This document shows, one piece after another, positions 1 through 9,604 of a stretch of DNA of 64,000 bases (position 1 is the stretch's first letter; each line of letters starts with the position of its first letter). The position numbers and the translations under genes are program-made. Source of the stretch: Candidatus Nomurabacteria bacterium (GTDB lineage Bacteria; Patescibacteriota; Minisyncoccia; Phycocordibacterales; UBA9973); the NCBI GenBank assembly GCA_026396015.1, contig JAPLXP010000011.1, positions 15,897 to 79,896 of the forward strand, given 5' to 3'. The notes beneath the pieces are model-generated. The model did not search any database and was not told the origin of the DNA. It saw only the letters and a program-made list of their open reading frames with translations.

Positions 1-23
1 GAGAAGAAATATTTGATCACGAA

Positions 24-2030
24 TTGCTCGACATGCTGAATGCTGCGAACCCATACATGACGGGTTTTGAATTGAAGTACATGACAGCCGCTCACATGCA
101 ACTTGCTGGTAATAGCTACTGGCTTCTTGATGGGGTAAAAAATGATAGCAGTCAGCCGATAGCAATCTATCCACTCAATCCAAAATTTATAAAAGTATTG
201 TCAGCACCGGCACCAGAGTTTGTGACCGGTTACGAATATAAAGTAGGTAATACGACAAAGATATTCAAACCATACGAAATTTTACACCTCAGAATACCTG
301 ATCCAAATGATCCATACGAAGGCATAGGTACAGTGCAGGCGATTGATCAGTGGATCGAAGCTGACAACTATGCAACAGAAGTAAATAAAAAGTTTTTTGA
401 GAATGGTGCTCGTTTGAGCGGACTCATAACAAGTGAAAATGAAATCACAACTGAGCAAGTGGAGTATCTCCGCAAATCATTCGAAAGTATTTATAAGGGC
501 GTAGAAAATGCTTACAAAGTTGGAGCGCTTCCATATGGATTGAAATATGAGGAGCTCGGACAGACTCCGAAAGACATGGACTTCGCAAATCTTGCAACTG
601 AAATGCGAGATCGTATTCTTGCGGGCTTTCGTGTGCCAAAAACAATTCTCGGTGTTGCTGAGAGCGAAACGAATCGTGCGACTGCAGAAACAGCCAATTA
701 TGTTTTTGCTGCACGAACGGTAAAGCCCGCAATGCAATTGATTGTTGAATATCTCAACGAGTTTCTCGTGCCTCGTTATGGCGAAAACCTAGAACTATCA
801 TTCGAAGATCCTGTGCCAGAAAACCGAACAGAGAGAATACAAGAAATGCAGGCCGCGCTAGGACAACAGGCAGCAATCAGCGTAAATGAAGCTCGTGAAG
901 CCTACTTCGGGCTTGCACCCATCACTGATGGTGACGCTGTTCGCGGTAATTTCAGCCTTCAACCGATCGGAATACCAGAGAAAAGTATGAATCGTCCAAC
1001 CTCAAAGAGCAAAGTATTCAAGCCAAGATACATAAAAAGTGCCAAAAAACGAAAGGAAATAGTCGCTGATCTTGCCTCAAAAGCCACTGAGGTACTCAAG
1101 AATATCGAGATAAAGACGGAGGAAGTGAAGAAAAAGGACATAACTCAGCTCTCTCATGAGGAATACGGACTCATCTACAAAGCATTCAACGCTCGAGCAA
1201 CTAGATATGAGAATGCGGAGCGAGAAGCGATCAAAAAAATAAATGAAGGACAGAAAAAAGAAGTTATTGGAAATCTTCCAAATCTGATCAAATCAAAAAT
1301 AAATAAAGCAGATACCTTAGAGCTATTCAATAAAGATGCTTGGGTTATGGCCACAGTGAATGCATCACTACCGATCATGAGCGACTTGTATAAAACAGAA
1401 TCAGCTGAGGCGTACAAACTCATCGGATTAACTCCCGCTGAAACACTCACTCCTGAAGTATTGAAAGCTCTCAAGCGTTCAATGGAACTTATGAGTGAAA
1501 GCTATCACAGCACAACCATAGACTTACTAACAGAAAAAATAAAACAAGCACTTTCAAGCGGACTTAGCATCGATCAGCTCAAGGATCTTGTATCTCAAGT
1601 GTATGAATTCAGTGATGAAGTGCGTGCGCAAGCAGTAGCTAGAACCGAAACATTCCGCATAGGCAATGATGCCACTAGACAGTCGTGGAAAGACTCGGGC
1701 GTTGTTCGAAGTGTGAAGTGGTACACAGCTGAAGACGAAGAAGTTTGTGAATATTGCGGTCCCATGGATGGGACAGTAGTAGCCGTAGAAGAAAACTTCT
1801 TTGATAAAGGCGACAGCGTCGGTGGATCAGACGGTGGGAATCTCGACCTTTCATATAGCAATGTTGAGAATCCTCCACTTCATGTGAATTGCCGATGTTA
1901 TATACGTCCGGAAGAAATAAGTCTTGAAGGAAAAATGCAGGAAGAACCGGAGGCTCCAAAGGTCGAAGAAGACCCTGATCTTTCTGAGGATCAGGTCAAA
2001 GAACTAGAAACAATCATCAATGAAGAATAA
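24..2030 (+). CDS. Phage portal protein fused to a MuF/SPP1-gp7-like head morphogenesis domain. The reading frame is open to the window start, so the true 5' end may lie upstream.
   Basis: 668-aa ORF. The N-terminal part is portal-like. The C-terminal part carries a CEYCGP ... HVNCRCY Cys/His motif typical of the Mu F-like minor head protein domain. Its position directly upstream of the protease and capsid supports the call. Confidence 0.7.
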   Translation: MLDMLNAANPYMTGFELKYMTAAHMQLAGNSYWLLDGVKNDSSQPIAIYPLNPKFIKVLSAPAPEFVTGYEYKVGNTTKIFKPYEILHLRIPDPNDPYEGIGTVQAIDQWIEADNYATEVNKKFFENGARLSGLITSENEITTEQVEYLRKSFESIYKGVENAYKVGALPYGLKYEELGQTPKDMDFANLATEMRDRILAGFRVPKTILGVAESETNRATAETANYVFAARTVKPAMQLIVEYLNEFLVPRYGENLELSFEDPVPENRTERIQEMQAALGQQAAISVNEAREAYFGLAPITDGDAVRGNFSLQPIGIPEKSMNRPTSKSKVFKPRYIKSAKKRKEIVADLASKATEVLKNIEIKTEEVKKKDITQLSHEEYGLIYKAFNARATRYENAEREAIKKINEGQKKEVIGNLPNLIKSKINKADTLELFNKDAWVMATVNASLPIMSDLYKTESAEAYKLIGLTPAETLTPEVLKALKRSMELMSESYHSTTIDLLTEKIKQALSSGLSIDQLKDLVSQVYEFSDEVRAQAVARTETFRIGNDATRQSWKDSGVVRSVKWYTAEDEEVCEYCGPMDGTVVAVEENFFDKGDSVGGSDGGNLDLSYSNVENPPLHVNCRCYIRPEEISLEGKMQEEPEAPKVEEDPDLSEDQVKELETIINEE

Positions 2031-2994
2031 CTACGAAAAATTGAAGGGAAAAATCAGTAAGAAACTCGCAGATAAAAACGAGGTTATTAAAACGCTTACA
2101 AAAGAAAATGAAGACCTTAAAAACCGCCCGCCTCAAACTCAAGTTATCGTAGAAAAATTAGTTTTTCCTGATGAGATGGAAATGCACGGTGAAGTCGAAG
2201 TCAAAAATCAAATCAAGGAAGTAGCGATAAATAATCTTCCTGAAATCCAAAAAGTATCTGGTGAGGTGCATATCGCTAACTTGCCCGAAGTCCAAAAAAT
2301 TGTAGGGGAGGTCAGCATTGCCAATTTGCCAGAGCTGCCTGAAGTGCAAAAAGTTGAAGGTGCGATAGAAATCACAAATTTTCCTGACCCTGAAAAACAA
2401 CCTACATGGATTGCCGGAATATTTACAGACTTTTTTGCCACTCTCTCAAAATTACTCACAAAGATTGCAAATAAAACATTCACGACAAAACTCGCAGAGG
2501 GAGAAAGGCAAAAGCCTCAGCTCGTGGTCGTGATCGGCGAAGACGGAAAAGTTATGGATTTCAAGCGCCCTATAAACATTCAAGCAGGACGAGGAAGCGG
2601 TCCCTCAGTAGTTGGTCTGAAAAATACAAACAATCAGGCTATTAATCCTATGACGGAAGAAACCGGCGATACCATCCTCTCAACACTACAAAACTTTGAA
2701 TCAGAAAATGGAATCAGTAATGAAACTGTGCGAGTGGCAATAAGCAAAGGTCTTGCTCAGTATCGAATCCATGACATCTCAACTAACAGCGGTGATCCTC
2801 TTGTAAGTTATTACGGATTCGCTGACTCACTTAACAACTGGTACATCCTCCAAGAAAACAATGACGATCCTATCAATCCGACTTATCGCTATGCAGGTGG
2901 AAATTCAAACATAAACATGGATTACGGAAGTGCTTGGAATAATCGTGAAGGTCTGGGATATGACTACATCTTTAATATAACAATTCCAATTTAA
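2020..2994 (+). CDS. Phage hypothetical protein with an N-terminal coiled coil and about 4 tandem ~15-aa repeats (xIANLPEVQKIVGE). Possibly a structural or scaffold protein.
   Basis: 324-aa ORF. The internal peptide repeats are visible in the translation (EVHIANLPEVQKIVGEVSIANLPELPEVQKVEG). Confidence 0.5.
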   Translation: MKNNYEKLKGKISKKLADKNEVIKTLTKENEDLKNRPPQTQVIVEKLVFPDEMEMHGEVEVKNQIKEVAINNLPEIQKVSGEVHIANLPEVQKIVGEVSIANLPELPEVQKVEGAIEITNFPDPEKQPTWIAGIFTDFFATLSKLLTKIANKTFTTKLAEGERQKPQLVVVIGEDGKVMDFKRPINIQAGRGSGPSVVGLKNTNNQAINPMTEETGDTILSTLQNFESENGISNETVRVAISKGLAQYRIHDISTNSGDPLVSYYGFADSLNNWYILQENNDDPINPTYRYAGGNSNINMDYGSAWNNREGLGYDYIFNITIPI

Positions 2995-2998
2995 TTAT

Positions 2999-3385
2999 AT
3001 GCCAGCACCAATTAATCTAAAAAAATTCAATAAGAAGTTAAACCCGTTCACCTGCGAGTTGCAACTGTATCGAACTCACAATCAAGAGTACAGAGTTATC
3101 ACTTCCGGTGGGACGGATGACATCCACATTGAAGATGAGGTGATTCTCATTGAAACAACAGATCCAGTAACGCTTAATCTACCAGATCCGAATTCTGCCG
3201 CAGGGCATATATACACAGTAAAGAAAAAGGTCGGGGCTAGTCCAAACACAAATGTCGACCCTGAACCTGTAGGCACAAATATAGATGGCGATCACCACCC
3301 ATTCTATATGGGGAAAAACCTACAGTGTACAAGATTTTATTCCGACGGGGTCGAATACTGGATAATCGGAAATTATATCCCTTAA
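2999..3385 (+). CDS. phage hypothetical protein
   Basis: 128-aa ORF in the co-linear phage module; no recognisable motif. Confidence 0.45.
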   Translation: MPAPINLKKFNKKLNPFTCELQLYRTHNQEYRVITSGGTDDIHIEDEVILIETTDPVTLNLPDPNSAAGHIYTVKKKVGASPNTNVDPEPVGTNIDGDHHPFYMGKNLQCTRFYSDGVEYWIIGNYIP

Positions 3386-3426
3386 AAGTCGAATGAATCA
3401 TTATAAAAAATTATTAGTAAAAATTT

Positions 3427-4353
3427 ATGGAAGAAATATATAAAAAATTAACAGAAGAAGTAAAGACCGCTCTTGAGACAAAAGAAATTCTCGAGACGGT
3501 AGCAAAGACAAAAGCCTCGGAAGACTCGGGTACTTTCGAAGTGATTATTTCAACCGCTGATCAAGATCGTCAAGGTGAAGTGGTAGATCAAAACGGATGG
3601 GATCTCTCCCACTTCATGAAAAACCCGATCGTGTTGTGGGCTCACGATTACAGCTCTTTACCAATCGGAGTGGCTGACGAAGTAAAGCTTGTCAATGGAA
3701 ATCTTACTGCAAAGGGACGCTTTGCTCCTGAAGATGCCAATCCATTCGCACAGCAAGTACGCCGACTCTACGATGCAGGGATCGTGCGGGCGACATCGGT
3801 CGGATTTATTGCAAAGAATATGCAGAAAAATGTGATCACCGAATCACAGCTCCTCGAGTTTTCATTCGTTCCGGTCCCTGCGAATCCTTATGCACTCTCC
3901 CTCCGATCAGCAAAAGAAATGGGCTTTGATACGGAAATGCTCGCAATGAAAGGCATCACATTCAAAGCTGAAGGCGATACATGCACACTCGAAGACGGAA
4001 CTGACGGCACGATGCAGGCAGATCCGGACGGAAAACTTGTGTGCATGCCTGCACCGAACGATAAAGAGACTGCACAGGAAGTGATCACCACAATTACCAA
4101 TGCCATCAAAACATTACAAGAAGCAATCGCCGCCTACGGACCTAGAGCCAAGGGTGACGAGGGGGAGGAACATCCAGCAGATGGGGATGCCCCAAACGAA
4201 AGGTCGAATGACGCAGGGACAGATACTGGTGAACCAAACAATGAAGCGAAAGCTCTCAATGATTGGCTTACACAGCGACAGCTCTTGCGACTAATTAATA
4301 ACGTAACAAGTGATGCTCTCAAGAAATTTAATGAGAAGCATCGCTCCAAATAA
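3427..4353 (+). CDS. HK97-family prohead (head maturation) protease with an acidic C-terminal tail
   Basis: 308 aa. The N-terminal region reads FEVIISTADQDRQGEVV...PIVLWAHD, typical of phage prohead serine proteases. It sits immediately upstream of the major capsid gene. Confidence 0.75.
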   Translation: MEEIYKKLTEEVKTALETKEILETVAKTKASEDSGTFEVIISTADQDRQGEVVDQNGWDLSHFMKNPIVLWAHDYSSLPIGVADEVKLVNGNLTAKGRFAPEDANPFAQQVRRLYDAGIVRATSVGFIAKNMQKNVITESQLLEFSFVPVPANPYALSLRSAKEMGFDTEMLAMKGITFKAEGDTCTLEDGTDGTMQADPDGKLVCMPAPNDKETAQEVITTITNAIKTLQEAIAAYGPRAKGDEGEEHPADGDAPNERSNDAGTDTGEPNNEAKALNDWLTQRQLLRLINNVTSDALKKFNEKHRSK

Positions 4354-4355
4354 GT

Positions 4356-5534
4356 ATGAATGAGGAACAACTCAAAGCTATAGAAGCAAAATTCCGCGAA
4401 GTTGTAGATGAGGCTTTCGAAAAGAAGATCGGTGAGGCCGTAGGTCCCATGGTCGCTAAAGAAACCCGCTCAATCGTGGAAAAGATGCGCATCGAGCGCT
4501 CTCTCTTCGGCAGTGATGTGTCCGGTCTTACCAATGATCAAAAAACAAATTTTGCAGAAATTGCAAAAGCTGTAGGTTTTGGTGATAAGGCTAAGGCAGG
4601 TGCATTAACTGAGGAGCAAGATAGCGCGGGCGGATACCTTGTAGAAACTGAAGTTGCAGCAGCGATCGTGAGGATTGCGGCAACTGTTGGCCTCGTCTTG
4701 GCACAGGCTACAAAGTGGCCTATGACAACTGATGAGCTCGGAATCCCTGCATTCACAGGTGCATTCTTGGAAGGTGAATACCTAGGCTATGATGCCGCAG
4801 GTTCTATTACTGCAATGACATTCGGGCAAGTCGCTTTGATAGCAAAGAAGTGGCAGCTCGCATTTGCATTGGGTAATGATCTTCTCTCGGATGCCAGTGT
4901 GAATCTTGCGGATTGGCTTCTTGCACTCGCCGGTGAGGCGCTTGCAAACCGAACCGACAAGGAAGGATTCATCGGTGGCGGATTCGCAGGTTCTCCTTTT
5001 GTGGGAATCATGAATCATCCGACTGTGACCGTACAGACAATGGCGACAGGAAAAACAACTTTCGCTTTGTTTGATATTGCGGAAGCATCGGACGCTATCG
5101 CGAACCTTGAAGAATCTTTACTTGATGGTGCGGCGTTTTACTTCAACCGCACAGTATGGGCAAAGATTCGTTCGCAGAAAGACACCGCAGGCAACTACAT
5201 CTTCGGTTATTACAATACCGACTTTGTATCTTTCGGTGTGGGATCGGGACTTAAACCGCAAGGTTTTATTCTCGGCTATCCGGTCTACACAACTCGCCAT
5301 CTCCCCGCAAACTCCGCTTCAGCAATCAGCACTACTTTTGCCATCTTTGGCAACATTAAGGCTCTTGCGTACGGAGACAAGGGTGAGATGAAGGTCGCGC
5401 AGTACCAGTCCGGAACTTTCGGAGGCAAGGAAATTGCACTCTCCGATCAGACGGGTCTTGTGATTAAACATCGTCATGCCGTAGTGGTAACACTCGGTGC
5501 GGCGTTTGTGCTTCTTAAGACTTCGGCTTCTTAG
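4356..5534 (+). CDS. HK97-like major capsid protein
   Basis: 392 aa. There is an N-terminal coiled-coil delta-like region, a 2-bp gap after the protease gene, and a strong downstream hairpin. Confidence 0.75.
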   Translation: MNEEQLKAIEAKFREVVDEAFEKKIGEAVGPMVAKETRSIVEKMRIERSLFGSDVSGLTNDQKTNFAEIAKAVGFGDKAKAGALTEEQDSAGGYLVETEVAAAIVRIAATVGLVLAQATKWPMTTDELGIPAFTGAFLEGEYLGYDAAGSITAMTFGQVALIAKKWQLAFALGNDLLSDASVNLADWLLALAGEALANRTDKEGFIGGGFAGSPFVGIMNHPTVTVQTMATGKTTFALFDIAEASDAIANLEESLLDGAAFYFNRTVWAKIRSQKDTAGNYIFGYYNTDFVSFGVGSGLKPQGFILGYPVYTTRHLPANSASAISTTFAIFGNIKALAYGDKGEMKVAQYQSGTFGGKEIALSDQTGLVIKHRHAVVVTLGAAFVLLKTSAS

Positions 5535-5546
5535 TAGTAATTAACT

Positions 5547-5593
5547 CTCCCGACTTTCTGTCTGTGATTCCTCGCAGACAGTGTAGTCGGGAG
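5547..5593 (+). promoter_or_regulatory. Long imperfect hairpin immediately after the capsid gene. It is a possible RNA-processing or attenuation structure and lacks the T-tract of a classical terminator.
   Basis: ctcccgact...ctgtctg-loop-cagacag...agtcgggag: inverted repeats 9 + 7 bp read directly from the sequence. Confidence 0.4.
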
Positions 5594-5604
5594 AAACAAC
5601 AACC

Positions 5605-5901
5605 ATGACAAAAACTTACCAAGTAATAAAACCTGTTGGCTTCGCTGGTCGCCGAGAAATCGGTGAGATGTTGGAGCTGACAGATGATGAGGCGCGCAAT
5701 ATTGGTGACGAATTTGTGAAGCTTGTTCCTGATCAGGAAGAAAGTACAGATGTGGCAGAGTCAGAAAAAACTGATGAGCCTGCAGATGAACATGAACCTG
5801 AAAAAGAAGAAGAACACGAAGAAGTTGCTCCGGAGTCCACACCTGCGACCGCAGGCGATAAAGTCGAGGACGAGGATGGTGTCAATCACGATAACGCGTA
5901 A
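5605..5901 (+). CDS. small highly acidic phage protein
   Basis: 98-aa ORF; the C-terminal half is D/E-rich. Confidence 0.5.
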   Translation: MTKTYQVIKPVGFAGRREIGEMLELTDDEARNIGDEFVKLVPDQEESTDVAESEKTDEPADEHEPEKEEEHEEVAPESTPATAGDKVEDEDGVNHDNA

Positions 5902-5916
5902 GCCCAAAAAAAACAT

Positions 5917-6339
5917 ATGAGATCAGTATATGACGGAGTTAAATCTTTAATCGCAATTCGTCCAGTTAATGCATCTGCAGTTCAGACAAGTGCAGCTATT
6001 GATACCCAAGGGTACAACAGCGCAATGTTTGTGATTGAAAATGGTGCTGCGACAGGAACACCAACGAGCTACACAGTAGACGCGAAGGTGCAGGAATGTG
6101 ACACGTCAGGCGGTACATACGTCGACATCCCGAGTTCAGCAATCACACAAATCGTTGCAGATAATAAATCTGCACAGATTCGTGTTGAAGCATTGAATAC
6201 CGGACGCAAGCGTTTCTTTAAGCTCTTGATTACTCCTGCATTGACAGGTGGTACAACGCCTAAAGCGCTTATTTCCGGACATGCGCTCCTCGGACGTGCA
6301 TTCCAGAATGCGGTTAGCAACAGCTCAGTTCCTGCTTAG
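5917..6339 (+). CDS. phage hypothetical protein (possible head decoration/minor capsid)
   Basis: 140-aa ORF downstream of the capsid gene, Thr/Ala-rich. Confidence 0.45.
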   Translation: MRSVYDGVKSLIAIRPVNASAVQTSAAIDTQGYNSAMFVIENGAATGTPTSYTVDAKVQECDTSGGTYVDIPSSAITQIVADNKSAQIRVEALNTGRKRFFKLLITPALTGGTTPKALISGHALLGRAFQNAVSNSSVPA

Positions 6340-6345
6340 TCAGGA

Positions 6346-7044
6346 TTGAGTCTCGGCTCACGCGCTCTCGGCAACGGGGGCGCGACGCGGGGACTTAATA
6401 ATAAAATCCCCGAAACATTTATGGCAGAAACAATCTACACATACGCACTGACGACAGTGCAAAGAATGAAAGACAGAATGACAATCACGGTCACAGACCA
6501 TGATGCAAATTTATTGCGCATGATAAATGTGGTCACTGATTTCATAGAAAGCCAATGCCATAGAAGATTCCTTGAAGGTACTTATACCGAAGAAGTCTAC
6601 TCGATACATGGACACAAACAGAATCATTTGTTTTTGAAACACTATCCTGTCTCTGTTCTCACACAACTGCAATACGGAGTAGGCACGCCTTCAAATAAAA
6701 GCTGGACGAGCTATTTGGTCGATGACTTCGAGCTTGCTGATGACGGAGGCAACGGACTGGTCCGCATGTATAACATCCTTCCGTATGGCGTGAATAAGAT
6801 TCGCGCGACCTACACAGCCGGATACAAGATCGACTGGCCGAACTTTGGAACTGCTACTCACACATTGCCTGCAGATTTGACCGACTTATGCGAGCGACTG
6901 GTAACAAAGCTCTTTAAAAAGCGCGATCAAGAAGGCAAAGATGAGGAGATATTCAACGGTAATCGAGTGATTTGGAGCAAAGAATTATCGCCCGATGACA
7001 AGGCAGTGGTCGCACACTACAAACGATTCCCAGTATTTTCTTAA
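6346..7044 (+). CDS. Putative head-tail connector / head completion protein. The real start is possibly the ATG near 6421.
   Basis: The segment MAETIYTYALTTVQRMKDRMTITVTDHDANLL resembles gp6-like head-tail connector N-termini. The first ~25 codons are GC-rich and atypical. Confidence 0.4.
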   Translation: MSLGSRALGNGGATRGLNNKIPETFMAETIYTYALTTVQRMKDRMTITVTDHDANLLRMINVVTDFIESQCHRRFLEGTYTEEVYSIHGHKQNHLFLKHYPVSVLTQLQYGVGTPSNKSWTSYLVDDFELADDGGNGLVRMYNILPYGVNKIRATYTAGYKIDWPNFGTATHTLPADLTDLCERLVTKLFKKRDQEGKDEEIFNGNRVIWSKELSPDDKAVVAHYKRFPVFS

Positions 7045-7047
7045 ATT

Positions 7048-7434
7048 ATGTCCAGCTATAACGTACAAATTGAAGGAATGAAGGAGCTGATTAAGGCAAT
7101 GGATGAAGCGCCATCAATCATAAAACCTCTACTACAGAGTGCGGTAGTAGCGTCCGGCGCAATATTTGCAAGTAAAACTTTGAAAGATGATCCGATCCCG
7201 TGGCGAACAGGAAATCTTCTTCTTTCGTTTCGATTTACCACCGGAGATCTTCTCGCGAAATGGTACCCGACTGCTTACTACGCAATTTTTGTTCACGATG
7301 GAACGAGTAGGGGATTGAAGGCGAATCCATTCATGCCAAAGGTCGGAGAAAAAGCAAAAGAAAATATTAATTCATTATTCAGAGACGCGACTCGAAAAGC
7401 AACACAAAAAATTTCAGGTCGCACATCAATATAA
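7048..7434 (+). CDS. putative head-tail joining / head closure protein
   Basis: 128-aa ORF; assigned from position in the module only. Confidence 0.35.
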   Translation: MSSYNVQIEGMKELIKAMDEAPSIIKPLLQSAVVASGAIFASKTLKDDPIPWRTGNLLLSFRFTTGDLLAKWYPTAYYAIFVHDGTSRGLKANPFMPKVGEKAKENINSLFRDATRKATQKISGRTSI

Positions 7435-7438
7435 ATTT

Positions 7439-7882
7439 ATGCCAACACTTGTAGGAAATATAAAAATACAAATAAAAGCAAAACTCGATGCACTGGTAAC
7501 GGCAGGAACCCTTGCGTCAGTACAAGAAGATGATTTTTCAGTTGGTGTGTTGTACCGAGACTTCGGAAAATTCCCTGTCGCTATTCTTTCGGGTGCTGCG
7601 ATTGGAAACTCCATACTTACTAACCGTGACAACCTGAGAGCGCATACGTTCAACATTCTTATTCTCTCAAAAGCTGAAGATGTGACATCACCCGATCAAG
7701 TCGAAACATTGATGGAAAATGTTATCAATGCTTTTGATAATGATCCGACATTACAAGGAACGGCGGACGGCTCAGTCGAACCGTCCACGTCGTCGCCCGA
7801 GCCAGTGTCCTCGGCAGGCAAAAACTATATTGCCTTCATGGTCACGGTAAAGGCAAATGCAGTTAAAAATCTAACTTACTAA
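7439..7882 (+). CDS. putative tail completion / tail terminator protein
   Basis: 147-aa ORF; assigned from position in the module only. Confidence 0.35.
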   Translation: MPTLVGNIKIQIKAKLDALVTAGTLASVQEDDFSVGVLYRDFGKFPVAILSGAAIGNSILTNRDNLRAHTFNILILSKAEDVTSPDQVETLMENVINAFDNDPTLQGTADGSVEPSTSSPEPVSSAGKNYIAFMVTVKANAVKNLTY

Positions 7883-7886
7883 AACA

Positions 7887-8066
7887 ATGAATAATCCAAA
7901 CAAAGCAATCACAAATAAGGAGGTCGAGGAAGGAAAAATTAAAACCACAATAAATTCCTTTCACTTTGCGGGCGGTATGGAATATGAACCGCTCACGGTC
8001 GAAGCAGGGTCCCGCGAAGAAGCAGAGAAATTGTGGGAAGCACGAAGGGTAAAGGTCAAAGTTTAA
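7887..8066 (+). CDS. small phage ORF (59 aa), absent from the ORF track
   Basis: Read by hand: ATG 7887, TAA 8064-8066. It fills an otherwise 210-bp gap in a tightly packed module. Confidence 0.35.
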   Translation: MNNPNKAITNKEVEEGKIKTTINSFHFAGGMEYEPLTVEAGSREEAEKLWEARRVKVKV

Positions 8067-8092
8067 TTATTATTAATTTTTAGAAAAAATAT

Positions 8093-9082
8093 ATGTCAAA
8101 AGGTATAGGCAGACTGTTCCAAGTAGGTATCGCAAAAGAAACAACACGCGGTACTGCAATATCCTCGGCAGCATACTGGATCCCTTTCTCCGAGCTTGCG
8201 CTTGAAGAAAAGGATTCAAAAATTGTCGACGATCAATCATACGGCGTGATTGAAGATTCACAGAATCAAACGATTACAAAACAATGGGCGGAAGGGAAGA
8301 TGAAAGCACCAATAGGTGATCGACATTTTCCGTTAATTCTTCTCTCAGTTCTCGGCTCGCTGAGTACAACAACCAATGCAGATGCAAGCGGTAACGTGAG
8401 AGATCATACAATCACGGTCGCTCAAAGCGCACAGCATCAATCGCTGACGTATTTTCTTGATGATCCGCTTTCCGGAGCTGATTACAAGAATGCGAATGGT
8501 GTGATTGAAAACCTAGAAATTCACTACGATATGGGTAAGTTTTTAGAGTACAACATCACTGTAAAAACACAGAAAGGTGCGTCGACGACAAACTCACCAT
8601 CAACGACAGTAGAGAATCGTTTTCTTCCTCAGCATGTGACTTTCAAACTCGCATCCGCATACTCCGGTCTTGGTGCGGCTTCAGCACAAGTGATCAAATC
8701 GCTTAGTCTCAAGTTCGAAAACAATATAGAAGATGACTATGTTCTCGGCAGTCTTTCCCCCGCTGATTTTCTCAATAAGCAATTCACGATAAGTGGAACG
8801 CTTGAAGCATTGTGGCAAAACGAATCTGACTTCAAAACATTCGTGCTTGCGGGTACATACAAAGCAATGCGTATCGATATTATGAACACCGATGTGACGA
8901 TCGGTACATCAGCGCGCCCAGAAGTAAAGATTGATCTTGCAAAAGTTATCTTCGAACCAGTCACACGTCCAATCAAGGTGAATGACATGGTTAAACAACA
9001 ACTCAACTTCAAAGCACATTATTCGCAGACAGATTCAAAAATGGTTCAAATAGTCGTAACGAACCTTATAACTTCTTACTAA
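8093..9082 (+). CDS. putative major tail (tube) protein
   Basis: 329-aa ORF immediately upstream of the tail chaperone and tape-measure genes. Confidence 0.5.
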   Translation: MSKGIGRLFQVGIAKETTRGTAISSAAYWIPFSELALEEKDSKIVDDQSYGVIEDSQNQTITKQWAEGKMKAPIGDRHFPLILLSVLGSLSTTTNADASGNVRDHTITVAQSAQHQSLTYFLDDPLSGADYKNANGVIENLEIHYDMGKFLEYNITVKTQKGASTTNSPSTTVENRFLPQHVTFKLASAYSGLGAASAQVIKSLSLKFENNIEDDYVLGSLSPADFLNKQFTISGTLEALWQNESDFKTFVLAGTYKAMRIDIMNTDVTIGTSARPEVKIDLAKVIFEPVTRPIKVNDMVKQQLNFKAHYSQTDSKMVQIVVTNLITSY

Positions 9083-9084
9083 TT

Positions 9085-9417
9085 ATGGAACGTACAACAA
9101 AAACATTACAGACTCCGCTTCGAAAGGAAATCGTACTAAAAGAGTATGTCACCGCGCGTGAGCGAAACGAATTGCGATCAATCCTTCTAGGCAATATGAA
9201 ATTTGACACTGAGGGAAAAGAAATAGGAACGGCAGAACTTTCAGGAAATACACTCGAGATTTCAGAAAGAAAAATGCTTGAAGTGATTGTGACTTCTTAC
9301 GATGGAAGTACAGAAAATATTATTGATCGACTTTTGGATTCAACACCAGAAGAATATGACTTCGCAGTCAAGGAAGCAATGGAGGTCAACAAGGGAAATT
9401 TAATCGCGGCGAAGTAA
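9085..9417 (+). CDS. tail assembly chaperone (gpG-like)
   Basis: 110-aa acidic ORF directly upstream of the tape-measure gene. It ends just after a slippery heptamer. Confidence 0.6.
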   Translation: MERTTKTLQTPLRKEIVLKEYVTARERNELRSILLGNMKFDTEGKEIGTAELSGNTLEISERKMLEVIVTSYDGSTENIIDRLLDSTPEEYDFAVKEAMEVNKGNLIAAK

Positions 9418-9602
9418 CGTACCAATGGGAACGCTACTTCGCCTCAGGTAGAGCCGATCTTACTCACGAAATGGTGCAAGCAGTTATCTGTAGAGAAATG
9501 AAATGGACATATGAAGAATATCTTGAATGTCCGAGTTGGTTTATAGACATGATACTCGACATGCTTCAGTCCGAAGCGAGAGCAAATAACAAAGACAAAT
9601 AA
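9085..9602 (+). CDS. tail assembly chaperone -1 frameshift fusion product (gpGT-like). Made of 9085..9402 joined in the -1 frame to 9402..9602.
   Basis: Hand translation of the -1 frame after the slip: NRGEVTYQWERYFASGRADLTHEMVQ...ARANNKDK*. This matches the conserved G/GT arrangement of tailed phages. Confidence 0.5.
9396..9402 (+). promoter_or_regulatory. -1 programmed ribosomal frameshift slippery site A_AAT_TTA
   Basis: The heptamer AAATTTA lies in the 0 frame of the chaperone ORF as A AAT TTA. The -1 frame stays open for another 66 codons, to the TAA at 9600-9602, 2 nt before the tape-measure ATG. Confidence 0.6.
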
Positions 9603-9604
9603 TT

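Noticed and set aside
445-1959. Multiple antisense ORFs of 60-100 aa within the portal gene, and similar ones inside dnaK, rpoA, typA and others.
   Set aside because: They are fully embedded in strongly supported genes on the opposite strand and have no motifs. They are typical shadow ORFs.
2220-2400. Tandem 45-nt repeats that could be mistaken for a short CRISPR-like array.
   Set aside because: They lie in frame inside a continuous 324-aa ORF and encode the peptide repeat xIANLPEVQKIVGE. The spacers are not unique, and no cas genes are nearby.
6346-6420. A GC-rich 5' segment of ORF 6346..7044 (cgcgctctcggcaacgggggcgcgacgcgggg), considered as another copy of the palindromic mini-element.
   Set aside because: It does not share the CCCCCTCC/GGAGGGGG core or the GAATCACCACC segment. 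It was left as an unexplained GC-rich patch, and the gene start is probably the ATG near 6421.
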